From IMG/VR virus record IMGVR_UViG_3300045973_000169, positions 142,639-206,638 of that record: a stretch of DNA of 64,000 bases. One strand, given 5' to 3'. Each line of letters starts with the position of its first letter. Position 1 is the stretch's first letter. The translations under genes and the position numbers were made by a program. The notes beneath the pieces were generated by a model. The model ran no database searches and had not been told where the DNA came from. It worked only from the letters and a program-made list of their open reading frames with translations. Below are positions 29,265 through 38,303 of this stretch, piece after piece.

Positions 29265-32200
29265 TTAATACCCATAACTAAACTGTGAGTGGATTAGATC
29301 ACCATATTGAGACTGTGATCTTTGTAAGTAATCTGCATGTCCATTTGTTTCGATATCTATACTTGTCATAGTATTCGGTGACATGGTTGGGAACATCTGT
29401 ATATTTGAAGCTCTATCATCTTGTATTATATATGAAACTATTCTGTTAATAGTTGAATTTGTTGTTGATCCTGCTGACTTTAATTGGTGTGATGCTAAAT
29501 TAGCACCATGATCAAATACTGCTTCTCTCAATTTATTATCAAAGAAACCATAATCTTGTATATTCTCTCCACCTTCTTTAAGTGCTAATAACTCTACATT
29601 TTCAATATTAACATCAGGGGAATAGCCTATCCAATCTTCTTTAGGCATATCATGAGACTTCATATATTCTCTTACATACCTAGCTCTTATCCAATCAGCT
29701 TTATTAGCATTTCCTCCAGTTTCATTCATATACATCTTACTCTCTTGACCTGACATTCCCCAACCTTCGGTTTCCTGTAGGTTCATATAAGCTTGTTGTA
29801 CATTTATATCATCTGAAGATTCAGCTAACTTCTTGCTCCATATTGCATTGTATAATCTTCTAGCACCTCTAGGGATATACTTCATGATCTTCCCGCGTTT
29901 CTTTGGGTCAGGCTCATTAGCAAATCTAGAGTAATAAGCTCTTTCATTTTCAGGCAAAGCAGCTAATTCATCTCTTGTATTATCATCAGTTGGGTCAGCC
30001 CCTATCATTGTAGAACGCCACATATTATGATAGTAAGTTGCATCTTCTTCATTGCCAGTTTTAGATGCTTGTACTGCTAACATCTTATATTTGACATATT
30101 TAAGAATATCCCAATACTCTTGGTTTTGTCTTCTTTCAACAGTGAATCCTGGTAGGTGATCTACACCAAACCATTGGTGCATAAAAGAAGATATAGCAGG
30201 AGCCAATAGATGTTGGATAGGGTGTGACCATAACTTAACTTCACGGTTAAATACTTGGTTAGTTAAGTAATTATCTAAATAGTCTTTTTTAGGGATTAAC
30301 TTATTAGCCCAGAAGGTCTGGTCATTAGAAATAGTCCCCCAGTATTTAGCCATTGCTCTCCCAGCATATCCAACTTCATCCTGTTGCATATTGAATTCTG
30401 AAAGATTTCCAGTATTAGTTCTTGCTGCTCCTGCTTCTATTAGATCTGAACTAAGATCTCCTATTAATGCTTCAGTCCCAGATTCAGAATTATTCATCTG
30501 ATCTGCAGATGGAGCTTGAAAAGAAATACTCTGACCAATGCCAATACGTGATGCTATAATTTGTGATGTCCTTGCTCTTGCCTCTTCTGCTGCTCTTGCT
30601 AATTCTGATGTTGAACTAAACTTTTCTTTTAATAGTAAATTAGCTCTTATATCCGCTTCTGAGGTTGAAACACCAGCGATCCTATAGCGAGTATCATCAC
30701 CTTCAAGAGTAAAGCTTCCTGACTCATCTACGGAGCTTACAGTGCCATTAACTGTATCAGTATTTAGTCTATAGTCGTACTCTGATTTAGATGTATAAAG
30801 TTTATCTTTGAGTTGTCTTACTTGGTCTAATGTTTCATAGAATCTTTGCTCATCGCCTAAAGATAATTGGTCTTGTAATGTTTGATGCATTACTTTATGA
30901 GATTGATTTCTAAACTCTTGTGTAAATGGAGCTATGGACTGTAATATCTCTAGCTTTTCAGGATCAGGATATTGTTCTAGTTCTTTCCCTTTTAATTCTG
31001 GGTAAAGATTCTCCCAACCTTTTCTTGTAGAATATAACCATCCTAAAGGAGTATTATCAAATGTAGTCCCATGAGTTACATCATTAGTATATCTTTTAAA
31101 TGCATCTTTCTTAGTGCTTTCTTGAGGGATCCAAGATACACCATTAAGTTCATTTGGTAAGTCATTGATTTTCCAATCCTTCATAGGATATGGGAATATA
31201 CGTCTTAAGAATTCTCCACCTACTCCAGAAATATCTCCTAGCTTCCATCCCCACATCTGTTGAGCTGGGTTATAGAACTCTCCTGCATTTTCTTTATAAG
31301 GAACAAACTGATCTGTAGATTCACCAGTTATATATTGTTTCGCAGTCTCATATGCGAATCCAGTGAAACCAATTAAGTCATGGTATTGTCTAGACCATCT
31401 ATCCATAAGATCTTTATTAGATCCTTCTGACTGCATCCCAATAGCTCTAGCTAATTCCATATTAGATGCACCAGCGCCCCTCATCCCAATTGTAGTAGGA
31501 GTATAAGGTTGAGGTTGTGTCCCTTGACTAGTTAGTTCATGATATACTCTAGTTGGTTTAATTAAACGTCCTATTGTTGCTGCTATAGGTTGACCAATTA
31601 AAGGGATGTTTGCCCCAAGTGGAGCTGACTCATATACTGGCTGATCTAACTTATGATAATTCTCTAAGATGTATGGTTTATATAATCCAAATGTTGCATT
31701 ATGTAAAGCTCTCTCCCAATAGTTAGGATATACAACTCCTCTATTCTCATAGTCAGATTCAATTACACTAAACATATGCTTTCTAAATTGGATAGGAGTT
31801 CCACCCTCATAAGGAGAAGAAGACAATAACCAACCTCTATACTTACGAACTGCTACTTCCTTATCACCAGCATACTCAGCTTTTCTTTCTTGATATGTTT
31901 TATTAGAACCTAAAACCCCAGGGAGAAATGGTAACATTGGTACCATCATAGCTGCGAAAATAGCCTTCTTAGGATTTCTTAGTGCCCAACCTGCATATCT
32001 TTCAAAGTGAGTTTTAGTTAAAGCACCAGCATAAGCTTCTGTTCTTAGAGCATTTTTTATGAAACTATTCTTACCGAACCTAGTCCCAACATTTCTTAGA
32101 TATTGCTTTATACCAACTGGGCCTTTATTGTAAAGGTATTCTCCAATTTTAAAGAATGAAGTTGCTGTTAGTGCAGGAGCTAATATGCCTAACCTAGTAG

Positions 32201-35111
32201 ATCCTGGAGCCACTTTTTCTTGCTTCTTTGTCAGTCTTGTGAATCCAGTTATATCTGATATCTTACTATAAAGTAATGTAGCTCCTTCGAAAGCTTTGAT
32301 AGGCCCCATAGTTAAAGGTCCACGACCAGTAGGACTCATTGTTATTGCACCTAGTAAATGGTCAGTAAGTCTGAAAGCTTCCCATGCAGCCATTACAGGC
32401 AGTGCACGTTTAAGCCCAAACTTAACTCCATACTCTAAGAAGCCCATATTATGAGTATAAGTTGCTAATCCTAAATGAGGTCTATTGATAACTCCAAGAG
32501 CTTTACCCGCTAATCCTTTGATAAGACTATTTGATGACTTTAATTTAGATGCAACCTTATCAAGTTTATTGCTATCAATCCCAAAGAATCCAAGTTCAAA
32601 AGGAGATTCCATAAACCTATTCCATCTATCAAGCATGAACGTTCTAGTAGGAACACCTATCTCTCTATATCTATTTTTTATATTCTGATATGTATGTCCT
32701 GGAAGAAGTATCTGATCTACTTGAGCCAAGGTTTTTGTATTAGCTGAACCTTTAGGCATCCAGTCACTAAATATATTAGCGCTCTCTCCTACACCTTTGG
32801 GTCCTAACTCAAGATTAAATTGGGTTTTCTTATACATACTCCAGAGCCATTTCCACTCTGGGTTATTTTTAATAGATGCAGGTATCTCTTGTTTCTTCAT
32901 CCATTCAGCACTAGAAGGCCAAACTGCTCTTCCTGATTTAATTTGTTGATGTTGCATTTCCCAATAAGTAGTTGGATTTGTTATATGATTTTCACCATAT
33001 CCTTTCCCGAATCTATTTATTGAGTTAACTCCTGACATGTTAGCATGTCTTGTATTCCTTAGCTTAAATGTAAATGGCAGAGTTAGTTGTTCAGTTTTTT
33101 GTAATACTCCACCTTCAAGTGTGTCTTGAGCATAAACAATCATTGCTCCATTATCTGCTGTAGCAAATCTTATTTCTTTAGAAACAATCTTCTTGGCACT
33201 TGAACTTATTTGGTCTTTCGGTGTAAGCCAAGACTCAAGTTTATTATAATCCTGTTCTGGTATTAGTCTTTTCGAGTTCTCTAATATATCAGTAAAGTCA
33301 ACTCCATGGACATAATCTCTTGTCCCATCTATCCCAATAGATTTGCCATCTCTGATTGTTTTGAAGACCTTATCATATTTTCTAATCTTCCCTTCAATAG
33401 CGGCTCCTTTTTTATCACCACGGAACCAATCTATAGTACCACCTACCTGTAAGACTCTAGTGATATTATGAGAACCTTCGATTGTCTTAAGTCCTCTAAA
33501 CATAGTATCAGTGATATTCTTTCTTGAGAAATCAAATGTTGCTTTATTGTTTAAAAGTCTTGGAGACATGATCTTACTATAAGCTCCAACTCCATATAAA
33601 AATGCACCAACCCCAGTTACTCCTTTAGCAATCGTAGCAACCTGAACAAATGAGTTATGTTTATCTTCAAAGAATGTACTGTAATTAGGAGCATGTGGGA
33701 GCCCAAGATTGTTAATCTTCATCTTATCAGAGAAAGGACTTAATGAATCGTCCCCTCTTAATCCATAGGTAGCTAACAGTCCTAGCCCTACTATGGTACC
33801 CATTGCACCCCATCTTAACTTATTAGCCCCTTTAAAGGCTTCAGTCATCTGACCTGCCATTTTAGAACCTTCAAACATAGATGGATATTTTGAGTAAGAT
33901 TCTAGTATTGGCTTTAATTGGTGAGTTAGATCTTCTATTATTGGGCTAAGTTTATTTTCTGATTGTAATAATTTAGATAAGTTGCCATGAACATCGCCTT
34001 TAATTATCTGGTCAACAGTTATTCCTGCCTTATTTAACTGGCTAAGAATAGCTTTCTCTATTTGTTTCTCAGTACTTACATCTAGTCCTGCAGCATGGCC
34101 TTGGACTAAATCTTTTCCAAAGTGTTTAGATACAATAGCAGCAGCCTTCTCCGCACTATATCCACCAGCATACTGGAACTCTTCAAAATTTAAAGGTACA
34201 CGTCCAGGTCTCCCTGTCGCTGCAGCAGCAACTGGATTATATCCAATCCTAAACATATTACCAAGCTCAGGATTCTCTTTCCCAAGCTGGTATAAGAATG
34301 CTTTGTATGCTCTCTCAACCTCATCTGTTTGGATTATCCCTTGCTGATATGCAGTATAAAGAGCTTTAGCTTCATCAGCAGCTCCCATCTTAACTAGCTC
34401 TGACATATATAAGTTAATATCGAAATAAGGATTCCATGCTCCTAATCTAACTGGAGCTTCCTTAGTTCCCATCTTAAGCATATTAACTACATTCTTCTTT
34501 AAGAATCCTTGGAACTGTTCATATGTAAAGTCACCAGCATACTCGACGCCTTCTTTCTTAAAGATGCCTTCTAGTGCTCCAGCTTTACTCTTTATTAATT
34601 TACCATCTTTCACACTAAAGTCTTTAGATTTTAATCCTAAGTCTAAGTTTCCTTTAGCAATAAATATATGCCCACCATTCTCAGTAGGGAGTTTAAATAG
34701 AGCATCCATTTGAGATACTTGGCTTGGCAGTATTCTCTTCTTATACCAATCTAATTTCCCACCCTGTAACTTAGACCAAGATGCACCAAATAAACTTTCT
34801 AGATCTCGCTCTGAATGTTTTGGAATTAGATAAGATTCTACCTGTCCGAACCCTTTAAGATGTCTTACATACTTAGAGTCTGGATTAACAAAGTCTGGGA
34901 GTTTATGTCTATTATTAAAATCAATCCCATAATGTTTAATAGTATTAGTCTGACCATCATGAATAGCAAACTGAGTTACATCAACGTGACCGAAGTGTAA
35001 GAATGCATCAGTAGGATTTAATACAGTTGTACGACCAAGCTTATCATAAGCCTTAGTTAAACCAGTATTTAATCCTATTGTTTCAAAGTCTACTATTAAT
35101 CTTCTAGACAT
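29265..35111 (-). CDS. Tape-measure-like / ejection protein with N-terminal DEDDh 3'-5' exonuclease and a degenerate thermonuclease domain (1948 aa)
   Basis: ExoI VD8FE10TIG, ExoII WNPYFD231, ExoIII H339AAGLD344. Several Gly/Ala hydrophobic segments. It directly follows the tail chaperones, the usual tape-measure position. Confidence 0.7.
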   Translation of the reverse strand: MSRRLIVDFETIGLNTGLTKAYDKLGRTTVLNPTDAFLHFGHVDVTQFAIHDGQTNTIKHYGIDFNNRHKLPDFVNPDSKYVRHLKGFGQVESYLIPKHSERDLESLFGASWSKLQGGKLDWYKKRILPSQVSQMDALFKLPTENGGHIFIAKGNLDLGLKSKDFSVKDGKLIKSKAGALEGIFKKEGVEYAGDFTYEQFQGFLKKNVVNMLKMGTKEAPVRLGAWNPYFDINLYMSELVKMGAADEAKALYTAYQQGIIQTDEVERAYKAFLYQLGKENPELGNMFRIGYNPVAAAATGRPGRVPLNFEEFQYAGGYSAEKAAAIVSKHFGKDLVQGHAAGLDVSTEKQIEKAILSQLNKAGITVDQIIKGDVHGNLSKLLQSENKLSPIIEDLTHQLKPILESYSKYPSMFEGSKMAGQMTEAFKGANKLRWGAMGTIVGLGLLATYGLRGDDSLSPFSDKMKINNLGLPHAPNYSTFFEDKHNSFVQVATIAKGVTGVGAFLYGVGAYSKIMSPRLLNNKATFDFSRKNITDTMFRGLKTIEGSHNITRVLQVGGTIDWFRGDKKGAAIEGKIRKYDKVFKTIRDGKSIGIDGTRDYVHGVDFTDILENSKRLIPEQDYNKLESWLTPKDQISSSAKKIVSKEIRFATADNGAMIVYAQDTLEGGVLQKTEQLTLPFTFKLRNTRHANMSGVNSINRFGKGYGENHITNPTTYWEMQHQQIKSGRAVWPSSAEWMKKQEIPASIKNNPEWKWLWSMYKKTQFNLELGPKGVGESANIFSDWMPKGSANTKTLAQVDQILLPGHTYQNIKNRYREIGVPTRTFMLDRWNRFMESPFELGFFGIDSNKLDKVASKLKSSNSLIKGLAGKALGVINRPHLGLATYTHNMGFLEYGVKFGLKRALPVMAAWEAFRLTDHLLGAITMSPTGRGPLTMGPIKAFEGATLLYSKISDITGFTRLTKKQEKVAPGSTRLGILAPALTATSFFKIGEYLYNKGPVGIKQYLRNVGTRFGKNSFIKNALRTEAYAGALTKTHFERYAGWALRNPKKAIFAAMMVPMLPFLPGVLGSNKTYQERKAEYAGDKEVAVRKYRGWLLSSSPYEGGTPIQFRKHMFSVIESDYENRGVVYPNYWERALHNATFGLYKPYILENYHKLDQPVYESAPLGANIPLIGQPIAATIGRLIKPTRVYHELTSQGTQPQPYTPTTIGMRGAGASNMELARAIGMQSEGSNKDLMDRWSRQYHDLIGFTGFAYETAKQYITGESTDQFVPYKENAGEFYNPAQQMWGWKLGDISGVGGEFLRRIFPYPMKDWKINDLPNELNGVSWIPQESTKKDAFKRYTNDVTHGTTFDNTPLGWLYSTRKGWENLYPELKGKELEQYPDPEKLEILQSIAPFTQEFRNQSHKVMHQTLQDQLSLGDEQRFYETLDQVRQLKDKLYTSKSEYDYRLNTDTVNGTVSSVDESGSFTLEGDDTRYRIAGVSTSEADIRANLLLKEKFSSTSELARAAEEARARTSQIIASRIGIGQSISFQAPSADQMNNSESGTEALIGDLSSDLIEAGAARTNTGNLSEFNMQQDEVGYAGRAMAKYWGTISNDQTFWANKLIPKKDYLDNYLTNQVFNREVKLWSHPIQHLLAPAISSFMHQWFGVDHLPGFTVERRQNQEYWDILKYVKYKMLAVQASKTGNEEDATYYHNMWRSTMIGADPTDDNTRDELAALPENERAYYSRFANEPDPKKRGKIMKYIPRGARRLYNAIWSKKLAESSDDINVQQAYMNLQETEGWGMSGQESKMYMNETGGNANKADWIRARYVREYMKSHDMPKEDWIGYSPDVNIENVELLALKEGGENIQDYGFFDNKLREAVFDHGANLASHQLKSAGSTTNSTINRIVSYIIQDDRASNIQMFPTMSPNTMTSIDIETNGHADYLQRSQSQYGDLIHSQFSYGY

Positions 35112-35683
35112 TATAAGTATCCATTCTCGTCATCACTCTTCTGTAATGCAATTTTAAGAGACTCAAGCATTTCTTTAGTAATACCTTTAACCCCAGTTTT
35201 AATCTTAGGATTACTTTTTACATTTTCTTGTTTAATATGTTCTCTTAATTTAGTTGTATCTATTAGTGGTTGATGGTCTACCATCTCTGCAAATGCTAAT
35301 AGCTCAAGTAACTCATTAAGAGTCTTAAGCTTTAGTTCATCTAATCTATAATTTGGTTGGGTAGAAACGATCTTTGCATAAATAGGATAATATGTATTAG
35401 ATGTTAGAGTCTTACGGATATTATCTATCTCATCAGGAAACTGTTCTTTCTTTAATATTACTCCGGATAACTTAAATGAAGTATAAACTATTAATGGAAT
35501 AGTCCCTGCAGAAAGATCTTTATCTGCATATTTATTATCTGTTATTAGATTAAATATATATTCTTCTAGATAAGGATTACTTTCTTGTTTAAGAGCAAAG
35601 TAGAACCTGTCTGCTTCTTCAGCAGATATAGTCCTAAACTCTATATCTAGATTATCTATAGTAGGAATTTTAAAATATTTCAT
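35111..35683 (-). CDS. Putative tail assembly chaperone (paralogue 2)
   Basis: Shares 'FRTISAEE...AGTIPLIVYTSFKLS' with 'FKKLSWAE...AGVALTLVYQILVMS' of 36465-36869; directly precedes the tape-measure-like gene. Confidence 0.6.
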   Translation of the reverse strand: MKYFKIPTIDNLDIEFRTISAEEADRFYFALKQESNPYLEEYIFNLITDNKYADKDLSAGTIPLIVYTSFKLSGVILKKEQFPDEIDNIRKTLTSNTYYPIYAKIVSTQPNYRLDELKLKTLNELLELLAFAEMVDHQPLIDTTKLREHIKQENVKSNPKIKTGVKGITKEMLESLKIALQKSDDENGYL

Positions 35684-35697
35684 GAATGGCTATATCC

Positions 35698-36423
35698 TTA
35701 TTGAATATCTTTTAGTATTAGTTCTATATTTTTCATTTCCCAATAAGGAATTTCTAATAACTTAATATTGTTATCTTTACAATACTGCTTTTTAGTACTA
35801 TCTCTTTGTTGTAAACTTACAAGAGCCTCATTACCTCCCCAGTATTTAACAGACCTATAATGTTGCATCCCATTAAACTCTATACAAACCTTATGGTTTG
35901 GTAGGTAGAAGTCAAATCTCAATGGGAGCCTTTGGTCTTTAAAGAATAAATTATCAAATGTTTTTTGCTGAATATAATCAATGTAATTATTCTCTAGCCA
36001 TTTTTTAATTCTTATTTCGCCTTTTGAAATATTACACTTAGGACATCCTTGTCCTTTTAAGTGATCATTTGGGGTTTGCCAAAAACTCCCATGCTTATGG
36101 CATATAATACAAACCTTAATTTTGCTTTGTTTGTATTCAACTAAAGAATAATCAAATTTATTTTCATGGATAGTTTTTGCTTTTCCTAAGAACTCAGGCT
36201 TAGACATTTTTGAACTATTCCCAATTATAGAATAATAACACTTTGGGCAACCATTTCCTTTTAAATGATTCTCAGGGGCCTGTTCAAATTCTCCATGCAA
36301 ATTACAAACAATAAGAACTTTTGTTTTATTATTTATATATTCAACCTTAGAGTAGTCATATTTAAAATTATGGATTTGATTAGCTTTATCAATAAGGTCA
36401 TTAGCAGTTAATCTTTTAGGCAT
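35698..36423 (-). mobile_element. Free-standing homing endonuclease-like gene (two zinc-ribbon repeats plus Vsr-like PD-(D/E)XK nuclease domain)
   Basis: Two repeats 'YDYS.VEY....KV.I.C..HG.F.Q.P..HL.G.GCPKC', then 'SKGE..I..WL', 'RFDFYLP...IEFNGMQHY'. Confidence 0.85.
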
Positions 36424-36447
36424 AGATAGAACCTCCTTGGTCTATCT
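36424..36447 (-). promoter_or_regulatory. RBS-sequestering hairpin directly upstream of the homing endonuclease start
   Basis: Minus strand reads AGATAGA-CCAAGGAGGT-TCTATCT-ATG: a perfect 7-bp stem enclosing the AAGGAGG Shine-Dalgarno sequence. Confidence 0.75.
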
Positions 36448-36464
36448 GTTAATAACCAAAGTGA

Positions 36465-36869
36465 TTAACCTTTTACCTCAAGAATCAACTCTAATGCTTT
36501 TGCAGGATCTTTGAAGAAATTTGACATTACAAGGATTTGATATACTAAAGTAAGCGCAACTCCAGCCTCTAAAGTATTTAGTGCGATTGGGTCCATCTTA
36601 GGCCATACGATACATGTGTTAAGAATATAATCATGGGTCATATCTTTATCTAGTTTCTTTGCTCTGATATCTCTGAACTCAGCCCAAGAAAGTTTTTTAA
36701 ACATATAAAAGGAATAATCATCTTCATTACCTAAAAATGTAGCATAAAGCTTTTCATTTCTAGCTTTAAGTTTTTCGAATGTAGCTCTATCTAATTTGTT
36801 ATAAGTAACCTTTTCCCAGTTGATATCTCCATAAAAATCATGAGTAGCTACTGCTGGTGTATCTTCCAT
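36465..36869 (-). CDS. Putative tail assembly chaperone (paralogue 1)
   Basis: 134 aa, follows the tube-like genes, and carries the 'FKKLSWAEFRDI...CIVWP...AGVALTL' pattern. Confidence 0.6.
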   Translation of the reverse strand: MEDTPAVATHDFYGDINWEKVTYNKLDRATFEKLKARNEKLYATFLGNEDDYSFYMFKKLSWAEFRDIRAKKLDKDMTHDYILNTCIVWPKMDPIALNTLEAGVALTLVYQILVMSNFFKDPAKALELILEVKG

Positions 36870-36906
36870 TATTTACCTCTAAGCTTTTATTTTATTACAA
36901 TTGTTA

Positions 36907-38301
36907 TTAAACTATCTTTCTTGCAATAAAGTTATACTGTTCTTTGACTGGAACACCAGATACTGCTAATGCATGACTATGACCAGTTAACTCACAGCTT
37001 TCTAATATCTTATGTGTATTCCCATTATAGTCGAACATAATATTGAATTTACCAAAGTCTTCAGGTCTCCAATCTCTCTTCGTTAATTCTCCTCTAAGAT
37101 TATTAGCAGATCCCATAGTGTCTAATTGGGCAGCAAGATCCATTCCTGATTGTTTTTCTTTTTCTTTCAATGCAGCGATCTCTTTTTTAATTGTCTCTAT
37201 CGAAGTTTTAGATGTATCAACTTTCTCTTTTTGGGTTTTTATTGCAGCAAGATTCTTTGTCTTCTCTCCTTGGATATCTAATGTAGGAGTGCTTTCTAAA
37301 AACTTAACTTGATCTGTTTGTACTCTAGCAAGAGTGGTATCGAAACTAATAGCCTTTTTAAGATTAGAGTCACCATCTAACATTCCTTTTAACTGATTAC
37401 TATTTTGTGTAATAGCAGAGTTAAACTGTTGTGTAGTTTCATCTCTTAATGTTAATAGATTGTCAACCACTAGATTATTGTCATCTATTCTTTTCTGTAC
37501 TTCATTTATACCATTAGTATAGTTAAATCTATTAGCATCAGATAGCACTGGTTCATTTTGTCCAGGTGATAACAATGACTGTAAGTTAGAAAGGGTTGTT
37601 TGTAAATCACTTACTTCTTGGTTTATTCTATTTAGTTCATCATTTATACTCTTTAAATTATCTTCATGTTGTTTATTTAACTGGACTAACCCTCCACTGG
37701 CTTGAGGATCATTGATGCCTTCATTAAATGTTTTAAGTTTCATCCTAAGAGCTTCTTGCTCTGTGTCTCCAAGCCCGTTTATAAATGAGTCCTTATCTGA
37801 CTGTATATTATTAATCTTTACTTTAAAGTTATTAGTCTGAGCTAATTTCTCTTGGTCTTGTATCACTAGATTTGCATCTATTTCTTTACCATAAGATTGT
37901 AATTCAGCAAGCTTTCTCTTATCATCTTGAAGAGTTTGTTGTAATTTCTTATAAGCAATAAGTTTATTTTTAAAGTTTTGAGCTGCTTTGCTATTTTCTG
38001 CCTGCCTATCAATCGACTTTTGTGCTGATTCTCCAGGTTGTAGGTTCTTTAATATAGCCCATAGATATTTATCATGCTTATAGTTAATTGTAAAACTGCC
38101 ATATATAATAACTTGACCTGGGAGGATAGCATCAAAATGCTTAGAGTTATATCCATAGATAGGCTCTTTTGATTCCTGATATGTATATTGGATATCATAG
38201 CATTCATCTAATAAGATCCCTCCTATATAAATCCTACCTTGGGCAGCAGTTACATAGTCTACTTTAATCTTCTTATCTGATATAATAGGATACTCTACCA
38301 T
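36907..38301 (-). CDS. Tail-tube-like paralogue (probable tube initiator) with long coiled-coil insertion
   Basis: N-terminal 'QESKEPIYGYNSKHFDAILPGQVIIYGSFTINY' aligns with the tube's 'REAGPLYVMGKKSPIAIPKGKRGIGGSFIL'. It ends in 'YNFIARKI' and has ~300 aa of Q/K/N/L heptads in between. Confidence 0.65.
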   Translation of the reverse strand: MVEYPIISDKKIKVDYVTAAQGRIYIGGILLDECYDIQYTYQESKEPIYGYNSKHFDAILPGQVIIYGSFTINYKHDKYLWAILKNLQPGESAQKSIDRQAENSKAAQNFKNKLIAYKKLQQTLQDDKRKLAELQSYGKEIDANLVIQDQEKLAQTNNFKVKINNIQSDKDSFINGLGDTEQEALRMKLKTFNEGINDPQASGGLVQLNKQHEDNLKSINDELNRINQEVSDLQTTLSNLQSLLSPGQNEPVLSDANRFNYTNGINEVQKRIDDNNLVVDNLLTLRDETTQQFNSAITQNSNQLKGMLDGDSNLKKAISFDTTLARVQTDQVKFLESTPTLDIQGEKTKNLAAIKTQKEKVDTSKTSIETIKKEIAALKEKEKQSGMDLAAQLDTMGSANNLRGELTKRDWRPEDFGKFNIMFDYNGNTHKILESCELTGHSHALAVSGVPVKEQYNFIARKIV

Positions 38302-38303
38302 AA

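Noticed and set aside
35684-36464. Group I intron housing the endonuclease
   Set aside because: Only 14 and 41 nt flank the ORF, too little for a ribozyme core, and both neighbouring genes are complete.
36465-36500. Programmed -1 frameshift at the end of the first chaperone gene
   Set aside because: The end reads GAG GTA AAA GGT TAA with no XXXYYYZ heptamer, and the second chaperone has its own start 780 nt away.
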